This document shows positions 12,406-25,994 of a stretch of DNA of 64,000 nucleotides, piece after piece (position 1 is the first letter of the stretch; each line of letters starts with the position of its first letter). The position numbers were made by a program, and so were the translations under genes. Under the pieces are notes generated by a model. The model saw only the letters and a program-made list of their open reading frames with translations, was not told where the DNA came from and did not search any database. This DNA is from Camelus dromedarius. Taxonomy: Eukaryota. The DNA is taken from NCBI RefSeq assembly GCF_036321535.1, contig NC_087437.1, positions 111,230,001 through 111,294,000 on the forward strand, read 5' to 3'.

Positions 12406-12408
<3 letters not shown>

Positions 12409-12472
12409 ATTAAATAAACATCATAGTACCAAGCTAATTTTAAACACAACTTTTTGGTAGCAGATTTTTCTT

Positions 12473-12821
12473 TTTTTAAACTTTTGAAAAATTGAAGTAT
12501 AGTTGATTTACAATGTTGTGTTGGTTTCTGGTGTACAGCATAGTGATTCAGTCAAACATATACATATTCTTTTTCAGATTCTTTTCCAAGATAGCGAATA
12601 TAGTTCCCTGGGCTATACCGTAGGTCCTTGTTTATTTATTTGTATGTATATAATAGTGTGTGATGTTAATCCCAAACTCCTAATTTATCCCCGCCTTTCC
12701 CTTTGATAACCATAGTTTGTTTTCTGTGTCTGTGAGTCTATTTCTGGTTTGTAAATAAGTTCATTTGTATCCTTTTTTTTTTTTTTTTAAAGACTCCACA
12801 TATAAGTGATATGGTATGTCA
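12473..12821 (-). mobile_element. L1 3' end (artiodactyl/camelid type) with TSD
   Basis: attgaagtatagttgatttacaatgttg... motif. Flanked by GTAGCAGATTTTTCTT (12457-12472) and GTAGCAGACTTTCTT (12822-12836). Confidence 0.85.
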
Positions 12822-12961
12822 GTAGCAGACTTTCTTAATGAAGGAAGCAGTGGGGACTGGTAGCTACTTTGAGTTGCTCTGGTTAGCGTTTGGTCTTAGC
12901 TTTAGTACCATTTTTTTGCCCTGGAGGAAGAAAAATCTGTATGAGGGGAGAGAAGATTTTT

Positions 12962-13311
12962 TTTTTAGAAGATTTTTTTTTTAATAAACTTTATTCTTTT
13001 AGAGCAGTTTCAGGTTCACAGCAGAATTGAGCAGAAAATACAGAGAGTTCACACATAGCCCTCCCCACCCACACATACATACTCCCCTACTGTCAACATC
13101 CCTCATCAGTGTGGCATATTTGGTTTACAATCGATGAACCAACATGGGCACATTATTATCAACCAAAGTCCATAGTTTACAGTAGGGTTCACTCTTGATG
13201 TTGTACATTCTATGGGTTTTGACAAAGGCATAATGACATGTAGCCACCACTACAGAATCATATAGAATAATTTCATTGCCCTAAAAATCCCTTGTGCTCC
13301 ATCTGTTCACT
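12962..13311 (-). mobile_element. L1MB/L1MC-like 3' end with TSD
   Basis: tagagcagtttcaggttcacagcagaattgagcagaaaatacagagagttc motif. 17-bp TSD GGGGAGAGA(A/G)GATTTTT at 12945-12961 and 13312-13328. Confidence 0.8.
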
Positions 13312-15264
13312 GGGGAGAGAGGATTTTTGAATCTAATGGTGAAGCTGCAAGAGGACTTCTTACGTAGCTCACTGAACAGTCTGTTAGAGCCTCCTTGTTA
13401 GACCACCCTCCTTCAAGGGTGAACACAGATTGTTTATTAAAAACAAAGCGAAACACCCAGTGCCTTTGTCTTGCTTTTTACACTAGGTTGGAGCTAGGCT
13501 AGCTTTTGGAAGCCTTTGCTCAGCCCCCATTTGGGCTGAGAAGGGTCACCAGAGGCAGATGGAAGGAGGAAGTGCCCGAGCGAAAATGAAGCTTCAGAAA
13601 AAGTTGGCTGTAAAGTCTGGGATCAGAATATTCTAGCATTTTATCTGAGCCCTACTTCAGTGAAACCAAAGGGATGAAGATAAGTGTTATCAGTGACGTA
13701 AATCTGGTCTTCAGTCGGAATTACTGGTGCTCTGATGTAGAAGTCTGGCTTTTTAAGTGCATTCTTTATTCCAGGTTAAAAATTTAATTAGAGAAACTAG
13801 TCGATGACTCAGTTCTCAGCTGAGCATTTACATTATACCACTAATAAAAAACTTGTTTTGAAAACACTTCTTCAGGTTTGTAAAGTGTCAGTCCCACAGG
13901 ATGACATTTTATTCTACTTAAAACTAACATTTGTGAGCAGTAGTTGTAATTTCAAGCCCAATTTGACATAATGAAACTTGAATTGCCCTCTGGAGGGAAG
14001 GTGCTTTATGGCTGTTGTACTCCCACCCAATTCATTAACCTGAGATGCTTTTTCTTAGATCAAGAATGAGCTTTTTATCATAGAGGGCCATCAAATTAAA
14101 GCACCTGAGAGTGTGTAGGATAACAAGAAGTTTCTTTCCAATAATCAGACTTAGAGTAATGTCCTACATGTTTCAATGGGGCATATTTATATTTATAAAT
14201 ATATATATAAATGAAATAAATCATATATAAATCATCTAATATAAATTAGTGTTTTTTCCTGTGATCAACTATAAATATTTAAAAAAATAATTTAAAAAAA
14301 TATCTTGGACTAAGTAACTTGTGTTTTAGGATTCTTTAAACTAGTCCAGTCACAGGTACATTCTAGAATATTTGAGGTTTTTAATAAATCAGGATAAATC
14401 CTAGGCTAATATTTGTTAATTGCCATGTATTTTTTTCTTGCATAGCCACTTACAAATAATATTTCATTCTTAACTCTGCCACTTGCTACCACACTTGACT
14501 AAATACATTTCATCATCTACTCCTTTTCTGTTTTTAGATACCCTAAAACAATTATCCTGTTTTTTTTCTGATTCATTAAACATAATTCTCCCCTGTCCCC
14601 CACCTCCGTTCTCCCCCCTCCCCTGGTTCCTCATGGAAATGAAAACAGAAACACAAGGCGGAAAATAAAAATCACCTGTAATCACACTACCCAGTGATAA
14701 TCACTGGGTTAAGGTGTTCGAGCTGGTTACATTTGATACAGATATATATATATATATATACGCATACATATATATGTGTGTGTATATATACACTTAAAAA
14801 AGTGTATTTTGATAATTAGTAGGGTGTATCATAATTAGTGTACTTGATTGAAAATGTGTTTTCTCTTTTATTAACTATTGTTAATAATTTCCCCCCATTT
14901 TCTTCCTGTTTGTCTTATTGATTTGTACAGACTCTTTACATATTAAGGATAATAGCTTTTTATCTGCTTTATTGCAGATATTTTCTCCCAGTTGGTATTT
15001 AGGTTTTGATTCATTTTATGATTCCTTTTGGGGGGGTACATAAAAATTTTATATTTTGTCTAGCCAAACCAATTAGTCTTTTTTCTTTAGTTTTCTCTTA
15101 TTTTTTGATGCTTAAGTAAACTAGAGGGTTTGTTCTTGGTTTTGCTTTATAAATGATCAGTAAGTCTTGCCAGTGTTTCATTGTTGTCTGCAGAAAAATC
15201 TTTGTGTTGGACAGGTATTTTTGACTGAATTTTTTAACCTCTTGCGTAATGATTTAACCTAATG

Positions 15265-15460
15265 CGGTCATGTAGTAAAGCACAGACTCAAGAGGTGACA
15301 GCCTTGGGTTCCTATGGCCTTTCAGCTGCTACCTAGTAGCTGAGTGATCTTGTGTAAGGTATTCAAACCCTCTAAACTTCAATTTTTTGTATTTGTAAAA
15401 TGATGATAATAATACCTCAATGGTATTCAGTGGAAATTTGATTAAATCTGTGTATAAAAT
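15265..15460 (+). mobile_element. MIR SINE relic
   Basis: agctgagtgatcttgtgtaaggtattcaaccctctaaacttcaatttttt..tttgtaaaatg matches the MIR core pattern. Confidence 0.6.
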
Positions 15461-17207
15461 ATGTATGTATGCATATGTATAATATACATACATGTATGTT
15501 TTACGTACTTTTATGTGTATATATGTGTAAAGCACATCATTAGTCTGAAAATGTATTCAGTGCTGTGTTAGTGAACTAAGGCAGTGGGTTATTTTCTTCT
15601 GTTAGACTTTCACATTTACATTTAACCCTTAAAGATATGTGCTAGTTAGGCTCTTTAGACAGCAAGTAACAGGTACCCACTCAATTTATCATGGACGATG
15701 AAGTGTATTTTAAGGATGAAGGGGAGGTGAGGAAGATGACTAGGGCCGTGTCTCCCACCTCTGCAGGAAACACCGCCCTGAGGACTGGAGGGTCTGCAGG
15801 ACTCCCCAGGGGTCTGGATGTCTGCTTTCCAAACATTCCTCTTCCCTTCCCTTCCTCTGCCTGGAACTTCTCTGACTCTAGAGAACATTCCTCTGTCTGC
15901 CATCCTCTCTGCTTTTTGGCATCTCTGCCTCCTGGTTTTCCCTTTCTAAGGGTTGTTTCCCTGACATTTCCTGAATTGGGAACATAGTGCTTGGAAGTCT
16001 GATTGCTGAATCCTTACTGTCCTGACCTTCTGGTCTCCTTTTTTGGCACTGAGCATCCTTTAACAGTAGAAAATCATTTTAACAATAGAAGAAAGAGTAA
16101 ATTTATAGGTGATTCCCCATGAGTTCCCAGATTGGTACAGTTTAGGAAAATTTATTAGACAACTTAATTCCTCATGTTTTTGATTTGGTTGCCAGCTCTT
16201 TCCTCAACACTCAGTAAAACATTCTACTGTCTTTAGGGGTTATGATTTCTTCTCCATTTGTGGTTTGGGGGATATGGGGCTACATTTGTTAACTGGCCCG
16301 TTGCTGGAAGTTTCTGTTATTTCCAGTGTGTTCTAAGATCTCTTTAGAGTCCAGGATTGGGTTAAGAATTTTTTTTTTTGGATTATTACTGCCAAAATAT
16401 GTGTTTCCAGTTCCTGTAGTGCCCCCCAAGCTTATCCCCCGCTTCAAAGGCAACTTTATTCTTGTACTTTTTTCAGCTCCATTTGGCCGCCAGTCGTCCT
16501 GTGATGTGAGAATAGAATATTGATTGTTTCCTGTTGCTTGTGGGACAGGAATGCTTCTTGAATTAGAGCTCATTTTGGAGTTTAAAGTACTAACCGCCAA
16601 CTTTTGAAGATAGCATGTCTAAGATCTCTTTGTTACACAAGGGAAGGTCGTCCAGGGCCGAGGGGAAGGGAAGGGAAGAAAGAGAATGGAAAAGAGAGGA
16701 CAGCTGATGACTTCTCTCTGTTCTAAATCATTCCGTCTACACTCATGGAAGACCCTTCCCATTTCCATAATATCCTTTTAGAAGATTTATTCCTTAATCT
16801 GAAGCCGTTGGCTAGGTGTACTATGATGTCAGAATGCTCATGGCTAGACATTTCCCGGCTGTGAACAGTTTTTAAAGAAAGCCTTATCTCTCCTTGGCCC
16901 TTGGAGATGATCGTGTGTTTTTTCATTCAGGCATTTATTGATTGCCGTCTTCATGCAGAGTTGCTGGCCACTTGTATGGGCTTTTGTGTAAATTAGAAAA
17001 GGCATATGTGTCTAGGTAGACTTCTTAGAAAAAGACGTTGCCCTGGGCAGACTGTTTAGAAAAAGGCATCCCCTTTGGTAGACCAGTTGGAAATGGGCGC
17101 CTCCTGAGTGGCTGCAGCTCCATGGTATGTGGTGCCACCAGGCCACACGGGTTGGCAAGCCAAGTGGAGTCTGGGTTTCTGTCCAAAATGGCCCCCTCCA
17201 GTGGATG

Positions 17208-17210
<3 letters not shown>

Positions 17211-17259
<49 letters not shown>
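17211..17259. repeat. (TG)n microsatellite, about 24 units
   Basis: Visible perfect run. Confidence 0.95.
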
Positions 17260-17262
<3 letters not shown>

Positions 17263-18224
17263 GCACTGTGAACAGGCACAAGAATCAGATCTGTCCTCAG
17301 GAAAGCGGGGACTTTTTAGAGTCAGAACCAAGCCGTGAACCACAGACACATAACTCAAGGTATCATGGGAAATACATTTCCTCAAAGAGTGACAGATGAA
17401 GTGTCCTAGGCTTTTAGGAAATCTCAAGTAAACTTCTGCAGAATCAATCCTGCTTCCTCTCTGGAAAAGTCCTCTCTAAGAGAAAGACAAGCAAGATGAA
17501 GAATCTGGATGAGAAGTAAATTCAGTTGTGTTTGTGTTACTCATTGCCTGGGAGACCCGAGGCATACTCTGGCGTATGTAACATTAAGATCTTGGGGGAA
17601 ATGCCCTTCCCTGGAGCCTCAAGACCCGTGACCCCCTGTCTCCTGAGTCATCGTTCAACCCGATGGAGAGGCCCGAGGCTCAGATCTCCCGTGTGTTAAG
17701 AGCTGCAGCAGCTGTTCAACTGGAGTCCCATGGATCCTGCTCTACAAGTCCGAACAGAAGAATTCCCCCAAAGTGCTGATTGGGCCTCAGACCCCTTCTC
17801 ACGATCCCTTCCTTGGATGGGTAAATAGTGTGACAGTTTAATAAGGGGTCGGTGACAATTACATGCAAGTGGAGAGAATGAAGAGCAAGAGTCTTTGAAC
17901 AGAGTTGGTTTTCACTGTTGTTTTTCTGGGAAAGGAGCGTAATGGTTTGGGGTTTCTCTGTGTGTCAGCTGAGAGGCACATCTATCTCAGTGTGACAGAG
18001 GAGGATTTCAGCAGGAAGGTAACTTTTGATTTATCACACACAGCTGGGTGGGCCATGCCTCACTGGTGCCCAGGCATAAGCAACCTTTTAAATATAGCTG
18101 CTCAGTGTGGCTTCTGCCCCCCCCCAAGGGCTTGTAAGCCGGTGCTTGGTGTTTGCAGTGGTTATGATCCACTGTCCTGAGCATCCTCACACAGAGGTCC
18201 AAGTCTTGCATCTCTTTGGTTTTT

Positions 18225-18597
18225 TGTTATGGGCTGAATTGTCCCCCTTCCTGCCCCAAATCCTTTGTTGGAGTTCTAACCCCCAGGACTCCAGAATGTG
18301 GCTGTATTGGGACTTTAAGGAGATAATTACGGTAAAATGAGGTCGTGTGGATGGGCCCTAACCCAGTACCACTGATGTTGTCATAAGAAGACGGGACCCG
18401 GGCACAGATTAGGACAGAGGGAGACCATGTGAGGACCCAGCCAGAAGGCAGCCATCTGCAAACCAACGAGAAAGGCCTCAGGAGAAACCAGCCCTGCTGG
18501 CACTTTGGTCTTGGACCTCCAGCCTCCAGAACTATGAGAAAATAAATTCTGTTGTGTAAGTCACCTGCATTGTGGTATTTTGTGGCAAATGCATACA
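18225..18597 (+). mobile_element. MLT1B-like solo LTR
   Basis: Starts TGTTATGGGCTGAATTG and ends ...CATACA. Internal ccatgtgaggac, gcctcaggagaaacc, ccagcctccagaactatgagaaaataaa. Confidence 0.8.
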
Positions 18598-18927
18598 GTG
18601 TTTATATATCCAAATTGGCTGGGTGTCCCGAAAGCTAGGGCCAGCCTCAGGAATCGTGCCTGGAAACTTCCGTGGGTTATCGAGACCACGTCCTCTTGCT
18701 TCTTCAGTACTTTTTTCCTCTTGGAAAGGACCTGAGATTTTTTTTTTTCCCTCACACTCCTTGCCTCACTGAGTTCTGCTCTGTAGTGAATTGCCTTCTG
18801 TCCAGAGACTATAATCTCTGGAAACAGCCACCTCCTCGCAGTAAGGAAAGTGATGTGGCCAATTGAACTCCTGGTTTGTTGCTGTTGTATGATGCTGCAG
18901 GCTGTCTGATTCCATGTAGGAAAAGCA

Positions 18928-18931
18928 AAAA

Positions 18932-18978
<47 letters not shown>
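18928..18978. repeat. (AAAT)n microsatellite
   Basis: About 12 units visible. Confidence 0.9.
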
Positions 18979-18979
<1 letters not shown>

Positions 18980-19278
18980 CCTTCTGAAAACATTTAGTCC
19001 CGGTTGTGATTTCTGTTTTCCTGATGTATATGTTTCTACAGCCTTCAGAAGAACAAAAGCGGTTTAAATTTCTACTAGAATTTCTTAAAGGACACATTTA
19101 GGGGTGTGAAATCACGAAGACAGTTCGAAAAGATACTTACAGTTTGTTTGTTTATGAAATATTGGCAAGTGGCTTATGAATAATTTGCATATGATGTATG
19201 TGAACCCAAAAGCGTATTCTGTGAACCTCAGTGTGTTTACCCTGAAAGTGTTATTATTGCCGACAGCATTTTGTCAGG

Positions 19279-19675
19279 TGTGTTGGTTTCCTAGATACTT
19301 TGCCGTAACCAAGTATCACAGACCAGTGACTTAAGCGACAGAACTGTGTTCTCTCCCAGTCCCGGAGGCAGGCGGGAAGTCTGAAATCAAGGTGTTGGCA
19401 GGGTTGGTTCCTGGTGAGGCTCTGAGGAAGGACGGCAGCCTCAGGCAATTCTTGGCTTGTAGATGCCACTCTCCTTGCACCTTCACACTGTCTATCCTCT
19501 GTGTGTCCAAATTTCCCTTAATATAAGGACGGTTATGCTGGATTACGACCCATCTAATGCCCTCATCTTAACTTTATCATCTGCAAAGACCTCATTTCCA
19601 AATAAGGTCACATTCACAGGTCCTGGGAGTTAGGATTTTAGCCTCTTTTGTGGAGACACAATGCAACCCATAACA
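19279..19675 (-). mobile_element. MLT1(C)-like solo LTR
   Basis: tgtgttggtttcc...aagtctgaaatcaaggtgttggcaggg...ccaaataaggtcacattc...caacccataaca. Confidence 0.8.
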
Positions 19676-20842
19676 TCGTGTTAGGATTTCTCTCTTTCTT
19701 ATCCCTTCTCATTCACTTCACTCGTCCCTAAAAGGCCTTTGGACCCTTGAAGCAAAAAGCAAGAGACAGATGAGGTCAAGGGGAAGGAAGTGGAGTGGTT
19801 AGGGCCAGAATACAGACTGCCCGGGCTTTGGTGTTCCTTGGGCTTCAGGTGACGCGAGCTGCCTGGACCTTCTATGGAGTTTCAACCCCTCTGTTCCCCC
19901 TTATCCACCCCTGTCCCCCGTTCTAGCTTTCTGGGGTACTCAACCAGCCTCACTCCCTCCTATGCTAGTCACTGTTAAGGGCGCTTGGGGCTCATGGTGG
20001 AGGACAGTTCACTTGGGGAGAGGCTCAAGGGAGGTGTGTCATGGGAATGCGGATGGTGATGCTAATTAGACATCAGAGGACACACTGGACCCTGGACCCG
20101 GACCTGAGCTCCACCTGAGCTCGCAGCCCCGGGTGGGCGGGCTTCCGTGGGGAAGGCAAAGAGGTGAGCGACTCAGGGCAGTATTTCTCAGCCTTATTGT
20201 TCACTCGCATGCCCCTGGGTTAATCCCCACCTGGCAAAACCATTTTATGTTTCGGGGTTACTATCAGGACACGCTTTATCTTTTGTGGTTTTATTAGGGC
20301 AAAAGTAAGTGTACTGAATGTGCGTTTTGCAAGCTCTCTTTTCTTCCAGACTCTGAAGGCCTGTCCGCTGTCTCTTGGTCACCTCTCTGAGAGGCCTGGC
20401 GTTGAACTTTGGGGTGGGGCAGGGTGGGGATGGGGCTGAGGCTGGTTGGAGACTAGCCCTGGGTGAAGTAATGAACCAGAAGTTTGGAGGAAAGGCAGTT
20501 TCTGCTGATACTAAAAGAGACTGATTTGAAAGCCAAGCCTTTGATATGCACAAAGCCCAATCAATGCGCCCACATAGCTTGTTGGGAGCCTCTTGAGGGA
20601 TATGGTTAGTGAACTTACTCTCTTTTATGGCTTAACGTTACAAACATTCATGATGCATGTTACAGTGGAGACAGTCTCAGTGACTGTAAGTGATACCCTC
20701 TCCCACTGTGCTGGTAGAAGTTATCTGAGTATAACCAGGAAAAGCAAATTCCACACTTTGTGCTGTGGACGAGATGCCTTTAAAAAGCTGGCAGTGATTT
20801 CCCGATGAACTAACCCTCCTTCCGTCTTCTGTTTTCACATTC

Positions 20843-21265
20843 AGTGTTCATTTCCTGGGCCTGCTAAAACAAAGCACCAACAAGGTGGCTTAAAACAACA
20901 GAAATTCCTCATCTGACAGTGCTGGCGACTGGAAGTCTGAAATGAAGGTGTGGGCAGGGCCAGGCTCCCCGTGGAGCCTGCAGGGGGATTTTTCTTGCCC
21001 CTCTCCCAGCTTCTGGTGCTTTGCCAGCAATCTCTGGTGTTTCTTGGCTCATAGCTGTATCACTCAGTCTCTCCCTCCGTTTTTACAAGGCGTTCACCCT
21101 GTGTCCCGTCTCTTCCTATAAGGACACCAGCCACATCGAATGAGGGACCCTTCCTGCTCCTGTAGGACCTCATCTTGTCTTAACTAATTGCATCTGCAAT
21201 GACCCTATTTCCAAATAAGGTCCTATTCTGAGGTCCTCAGAGTTAGGATTTCAACATACCTTTTT
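20843..21265 (-). mobile_element. MLT1C-like LTR
   Basis: ggtggcttaaaacaacagaaat...taactaattgcatctgcaatgaccctatttccaaataaggtc. Confidence 0.75.
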
Positions 21266-21299
21266 GTTTTCTTTTGTATTTTTTGTCTGAACTTAAAAA

Positions 21300-21435
21300 A
21301 AATTAATTAATTTATACTGAAATATATTTGACTTACAATGTTGTGTTAGTTTCAGGTGTACAGCAAGGTGATTCAGTTATACATATATATTCTTTTTCAG
21401 ATTCTTTTACATTATAGATTATTAAAAGATATTGA
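21300..21435 (-). mobile_element. short L1 3' end (artiodactyl/camelid type)
   Basis: ttacaatgttgtgttagtttcaggtgtacagcaaggtgattcagttatacatatat, same family as the 12473 and 60886 copies. Confidence 0.75.
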
Positions 21436-22212
21436 TTGGCTGGTGCCTTTATTGTCTGCAGAGTGGATTCCAAATGCCGTCCCCTCCATCCAGGCTTCTC
21501 AGTTTTCAGTCTCCGAGCCGTGTCCTGGTCCCCTCCATCCGGGCTTCACAGTACTCAGTCCCCAAGCTGTGTCCTGGTTTCTCTCCCACCAGCGTTTGTG
21601 TCAGCCCAGGCCAGGTGGATTCTCCGTCCTCCGCATGTCCTTTGTGGGGGCGTGCTCGTGTGCCCCTGCTCCTTGCTGGTGCCACCTGCAGACCCACCCT
21701 TCCAGCCCTGCTGAGATTCACCTTCTTCCAGGGAGCCTGCCCGGATCTGCCTGGTTCAAAGAGATGTCTCCTGCTTCTGGGTCCCCCCTCCCCCATCACC
21801 TTTCACACTCATGTGACATCTTGGGCATAAGCGAGTGTGTGTTAGCTCCTTCATCAATTTGCCGGGTTATTTAGGCAGAACCAGGTTTGAGCTGTTCAGA
21901 ATAAATACTCCTCTGTGCCTCTCCTGGTGTTTCGCAGATGGTGAGTCCCGGACAGCTTGGTGGAAGGCAGGTCTTCCTGCGGAGTCTCCGGCCATTCTTC
22001 TGAGGCTTTGTCACCATCCAGAGGTTTCCTTTGGACAACGTGACTCTCCTGAGCCCTGTGTGAGACCTCAGTTAATCAGTACTTTGGAAGTAAGCCTTTA
22101 TCCCAAGTCAGCCTCCGGTTTACGTGGTTTATTTTTAACTTCCTGATGGACTGGATGTGGAGGGCTTGGGAAGGACTTCCCAGAGGTTTCAGGGTGCACT
22201 GGGGATGAGTCC

Positions 22213-22631
22213 TGGATTGGTTTCCTGGGGCTGGGTAACAAAGTACCACCAGCTGGGTGGCTTAGAACAACAGAAATTATTTTCTCACGGTCCTGGAGGA
22301 TGAAAGTCCCAAATCGAGGTGTTGACCGGGCCAGGCTCCCTCTGCAGGCTCTAGGGATGGCTGTGTTGCAGGGCCCCCTCCCCCCAGCTTCTGGGTGCTC
22401 CTTAGCCTGTGGCAGCGCAACTCTGATGTGCACGTGGCCTCTTCCCTGCGTGTGTCTGTGTCCAAATCTCCCCTTTTTACAAGGATGCCAGTCATAGGTT
22501 TAGGTCACCCTAGTGACTCATCTTAACTAATTGCATCTGCAGCGACTCTATTTCTAAAGGTCACGTTCTCAGGTACTGGGGGGCTGGGAAGTCAGAGTGA
22601 ATGTTTTGGGGGCACACTTCAACCAGTGACA
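22213..22631 (-). mobile_element. MLT1C-like solo LTR
   Basis: gtaacaaagtaccaccagctgggtggcttagaacaacag...aaggtcacgttctcaggtactggggg...caaccagtgaca. Confidence 0.75.
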
Positions 22632-23339
22632 GCACTGAGCTCTGGCTCTTCTGTGGGCCAGGGGTGTGCCTGCCTGGGTGCCTTGGGTGAGGCACTGATG
22701 TCTGCCAGGGAGGAGGGATGCACGCTCAGAGGTGAAGCAGGTGTGGAGAAGAGGGTGCCCGTGCCCATCCGCGCTGCTCCCTGTGGTCCTAGGAAGCCAC
22801 CTCTGGGCTGTGCGCCTGGCTGTTGATGCATCACCAGCAATTCTGTATGGAGGCCTCAGCCTGATGGAGGAGTGACCTGCTGGGCTCGGGGATGCGGGCA
22901 CTGGTCCGCAGGAATTGGTAGTCCCTCCTGGAGGGGCCTTTTGAGGTCTCAGAGCTAAGGACCTTGCATCAGTCACACCTGTGTTTAGCTAATGTTTAAA
23001 CTTGGGACTTGCCCTTTTCTGTTTGCACTGTCCCACCTGTCCTGTTTCTTCCTCTGTTAGCCAAGTTCTGAGCATCAGTGGGACCGGACTACTTCCTCTT
23101 GGCTAGCACAGGTAGCGTACGATGTCCCAGGAGGCAGTGGAATGGTGTAGAGACTTGGGATTATGCTTTTAAAGTGACCGTTGTGCATAGTAAGATGAGT
23201 TGTTTTTGTTTTTGTTTTTCTGGGTTATATTGAATTACCTGATTTATCAGTTTACAGTGATCAAATAACCCACTGGGTCATCCAGCTTGGACTCCAACCC
23301 AGATCCAACAGCCCCTCTACATGGCAAGAAGCAACTTAG

Positions 23340-23530
23340 CTGTGGGTTGAGAGTCAAACTCAGGCTGTACCATGTCCCAGCTGGGCCACCTGTGGGCAAG
23401 TTTCTTAATCTGTGGAAACCAAGAGTTTCCTCTCTTGTAAAAAGGGAAAGTAGTAGGGTTGTGGGAGACACATGGGACAAATGATGTAGAACGTCTTGCA
23501 GAGTCTTGTTTGGCAAGTGCTTAATGAATA
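23340..23530 (+). mobile_element. MIR SINE relic
   Basis: tgggcaagtttcttaatctgtggaaaccaagagtttcctctcttgtaaaaggg...aagtgcttaatgaa. Confidence 0.55.
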
Positions 23531-25630
23531 GGACTAGTTCCGATTTGAGCTTCATGTGGCTCAGTGACTGTGGTCTACACGTGTGCCTTTCATGTTTTCA
23601 CCCCGGGTAACTGGCAAAGAAATGGCAGTTGTCCAAATAGCTCATTAATTTTATGCTTATAGACAGCTCAGCTAGACAACTTAGATCATGAAATGGATCC
23701 CCAGCCAGTTTGAATATTTACACAGCTTTTAGTTATTCAGTTGATTGACTGATCGATTTATCTGGACTAGGGAGAATGACCCCTAGTTACAACATGAATT
23801 TTTAATACTATTCACACTATTAATCTTTTCTTTCTGTAATGATAAAAAAATGTGTTCAATATAAAGAGATTATCACTACTGATCCACTTAAAAAACTTGA
23901 TAATGATCAAAGTGTCTTTTTTTTTTTTTGGTGGAAGGGGAGAGGAGGTGGTGTTTGCAATGGGTAAATCTTGTCTCCTATGAAAGACTCTATTAAAATC
24001 TTTCCATCCGGATTTTGACACAACAAAGCTCCCCTAATTTTGATGGAAGAAATAGATAACTGGTATTTGACCCAAATTCACATTATGGGACCCAGTAGCG
24101 TTGGAAATCATAAACTGAGAGTAATAACTCCAATCACAGATACCCCTCCACCAAAAATGAAAAAAAGATATCTCAGAATTTAAAATGTATTTTCATAGTG
24201 ATCACTTTCTTTTAAGTGGGAAACATCTCTTTGAAGTCGATGATAGTCTGCTCTTTTGAAATGATTCTTTGATTGGACTTGACTATATAAATATTCATGT
24301 TGCTGTGTGTGTATGTTTCATGTTGTTTCATTAGTTACTTTTTTGCCATTGGAATAATAAAAAATGTTTGCTGGCTACCGACAATACTGTTGAGTTCAAA
24401 ATAATTTTAATTCTTGGCCAAACAGATTAATTTATTCTTGCCCCCAAAATTACCTTTGCAGCAGGCAGTTGACTCAATGATGAATAAAAAGCCTGTATTT
24501 TAAAAGAATTCTGAACATTGGTATCCTGGATCAAGTTGGAATAATTACATTCCAGTCAGGGAATTGCCACATTGTCTGCATCATCCTCGAGAAGTCCCAG
24601 AACTCCTATTAAATACAATTTACTCCCTCCCATCAGTGGAAACAAAACTAAACTCCCAATCCTTTCTTAATTGCTCACATTTTCAGACAGATGTGCTAAG
24701 AAAAATGCACTGTCACAAGAAGAAAGAGATTTTAGAGAAAATAAGAGGAAGGTTTTAAGTCTTTCTAAAACATAATCAGGTTGTATCTAATGGGGTGAAC
24801 AACGTTGCTTAAAAGTGGTTTCCTCTTTTTTTTGATAGCTGATTTAAATAATGTTACTCTTAAGTCATGATACCATTTAAGAAAACTAAACAGTATTAAT
24901 GGAAAAATAGGCTCCTTGGGGATGGGTGTGAATTTCTCATTTGACACTTGAAGTTACTACAAGAGTTTTAAAGACCTCTTTAAGGAGGATGGAGGCAAAA
25001 AGCAATTCTGTTCCTTCCTAGAACCATCTCGAGATCCCCTTTCCTGTAAGCTAAGCAATTATTCACAGCTTCTCTGTTCAGCATTCAGATTATGACTATT
25101 CACCACAAAGGACCGGATTTTTATGTTCACATATTGAAATCCTGGCAGATTTTTGACATGGATTTGCTTCAGGAAATCTTTTTGAGTCTATTCTTGCATC
25201 CTCTTTCCGTCTCTGTTAATTTTTTTTCTAAACTTTAAATGGACAAATGGTAAAGAGTAGAAAGTGTTTTTATCTGATTCCTAAACTTTGTGCATCACTA
25301 AAAGCAGTTGAAAAAAGAAAAGAAAAGAAAAGAAAACCACAAGGACAAATGCAAATAAAAAGATGGTGACCTTCTTTTTCGAAGATGAGGAGGAAGTAAA
25401 TGTCCAAAATTAAGATGCAGGAGATATATTTATTTGTAGAAAAGTGAGTAACTTAAGATAGTAAGTATGTTGAAAGTCATAAGCAGGGAAAACAGGTGAC
25501 AAATAAAAAGAAACTCAAAGCAGTGTGATTGTTGGAACTGAGTTTACTCAGGTCACATTGTTGGTGAGCTTCCTTCTCCTTTAGATTCGTTGCTTCCTTT
25601 CTCTTAAAGTTTGTGAGACGTTTTACTGGA

Positions 25631-25994
25631 TGTTATGGGTTGAGTTGTGTCTCCTCGCCAAATTCCGATGTTGAAGTCCTAACCGCCCCCCCCCCCCCGA
25701 GTTAGGGTCTTTAAAGAGGTGATTAAGTTTAAATGAGGTCACTTGAGTGACCCCTAACCTAATATGACTGGTGTCCTTATAAGAAGAGGAGATCAGGGCA
25801 AAGACATGCAAGAGGGAAGACCACATGAAGATGCAGGCTGAAGACAGTCATCTACAAGCCAAGGAGAGGCCCCACAAGAAACCTACCTGTGGACACCTTG
25901 ATCTCAGATTTCTAGGACCCTGAGGGAATAAATTTCCATTGTTGAAGCTGCCCGTCTGATGTGGTTTCTCATGGCAGCGCTCGCGAACAAATAC
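25631..25994 (+). mobile_element. MLT1B-like solo LTR
   Basis: TGTTATGGGTTGAG start, atgactggtgtccttataagaagagga, catctacaagccaaggagaggc, ending ...acaaatac. Confidence 0.8.
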
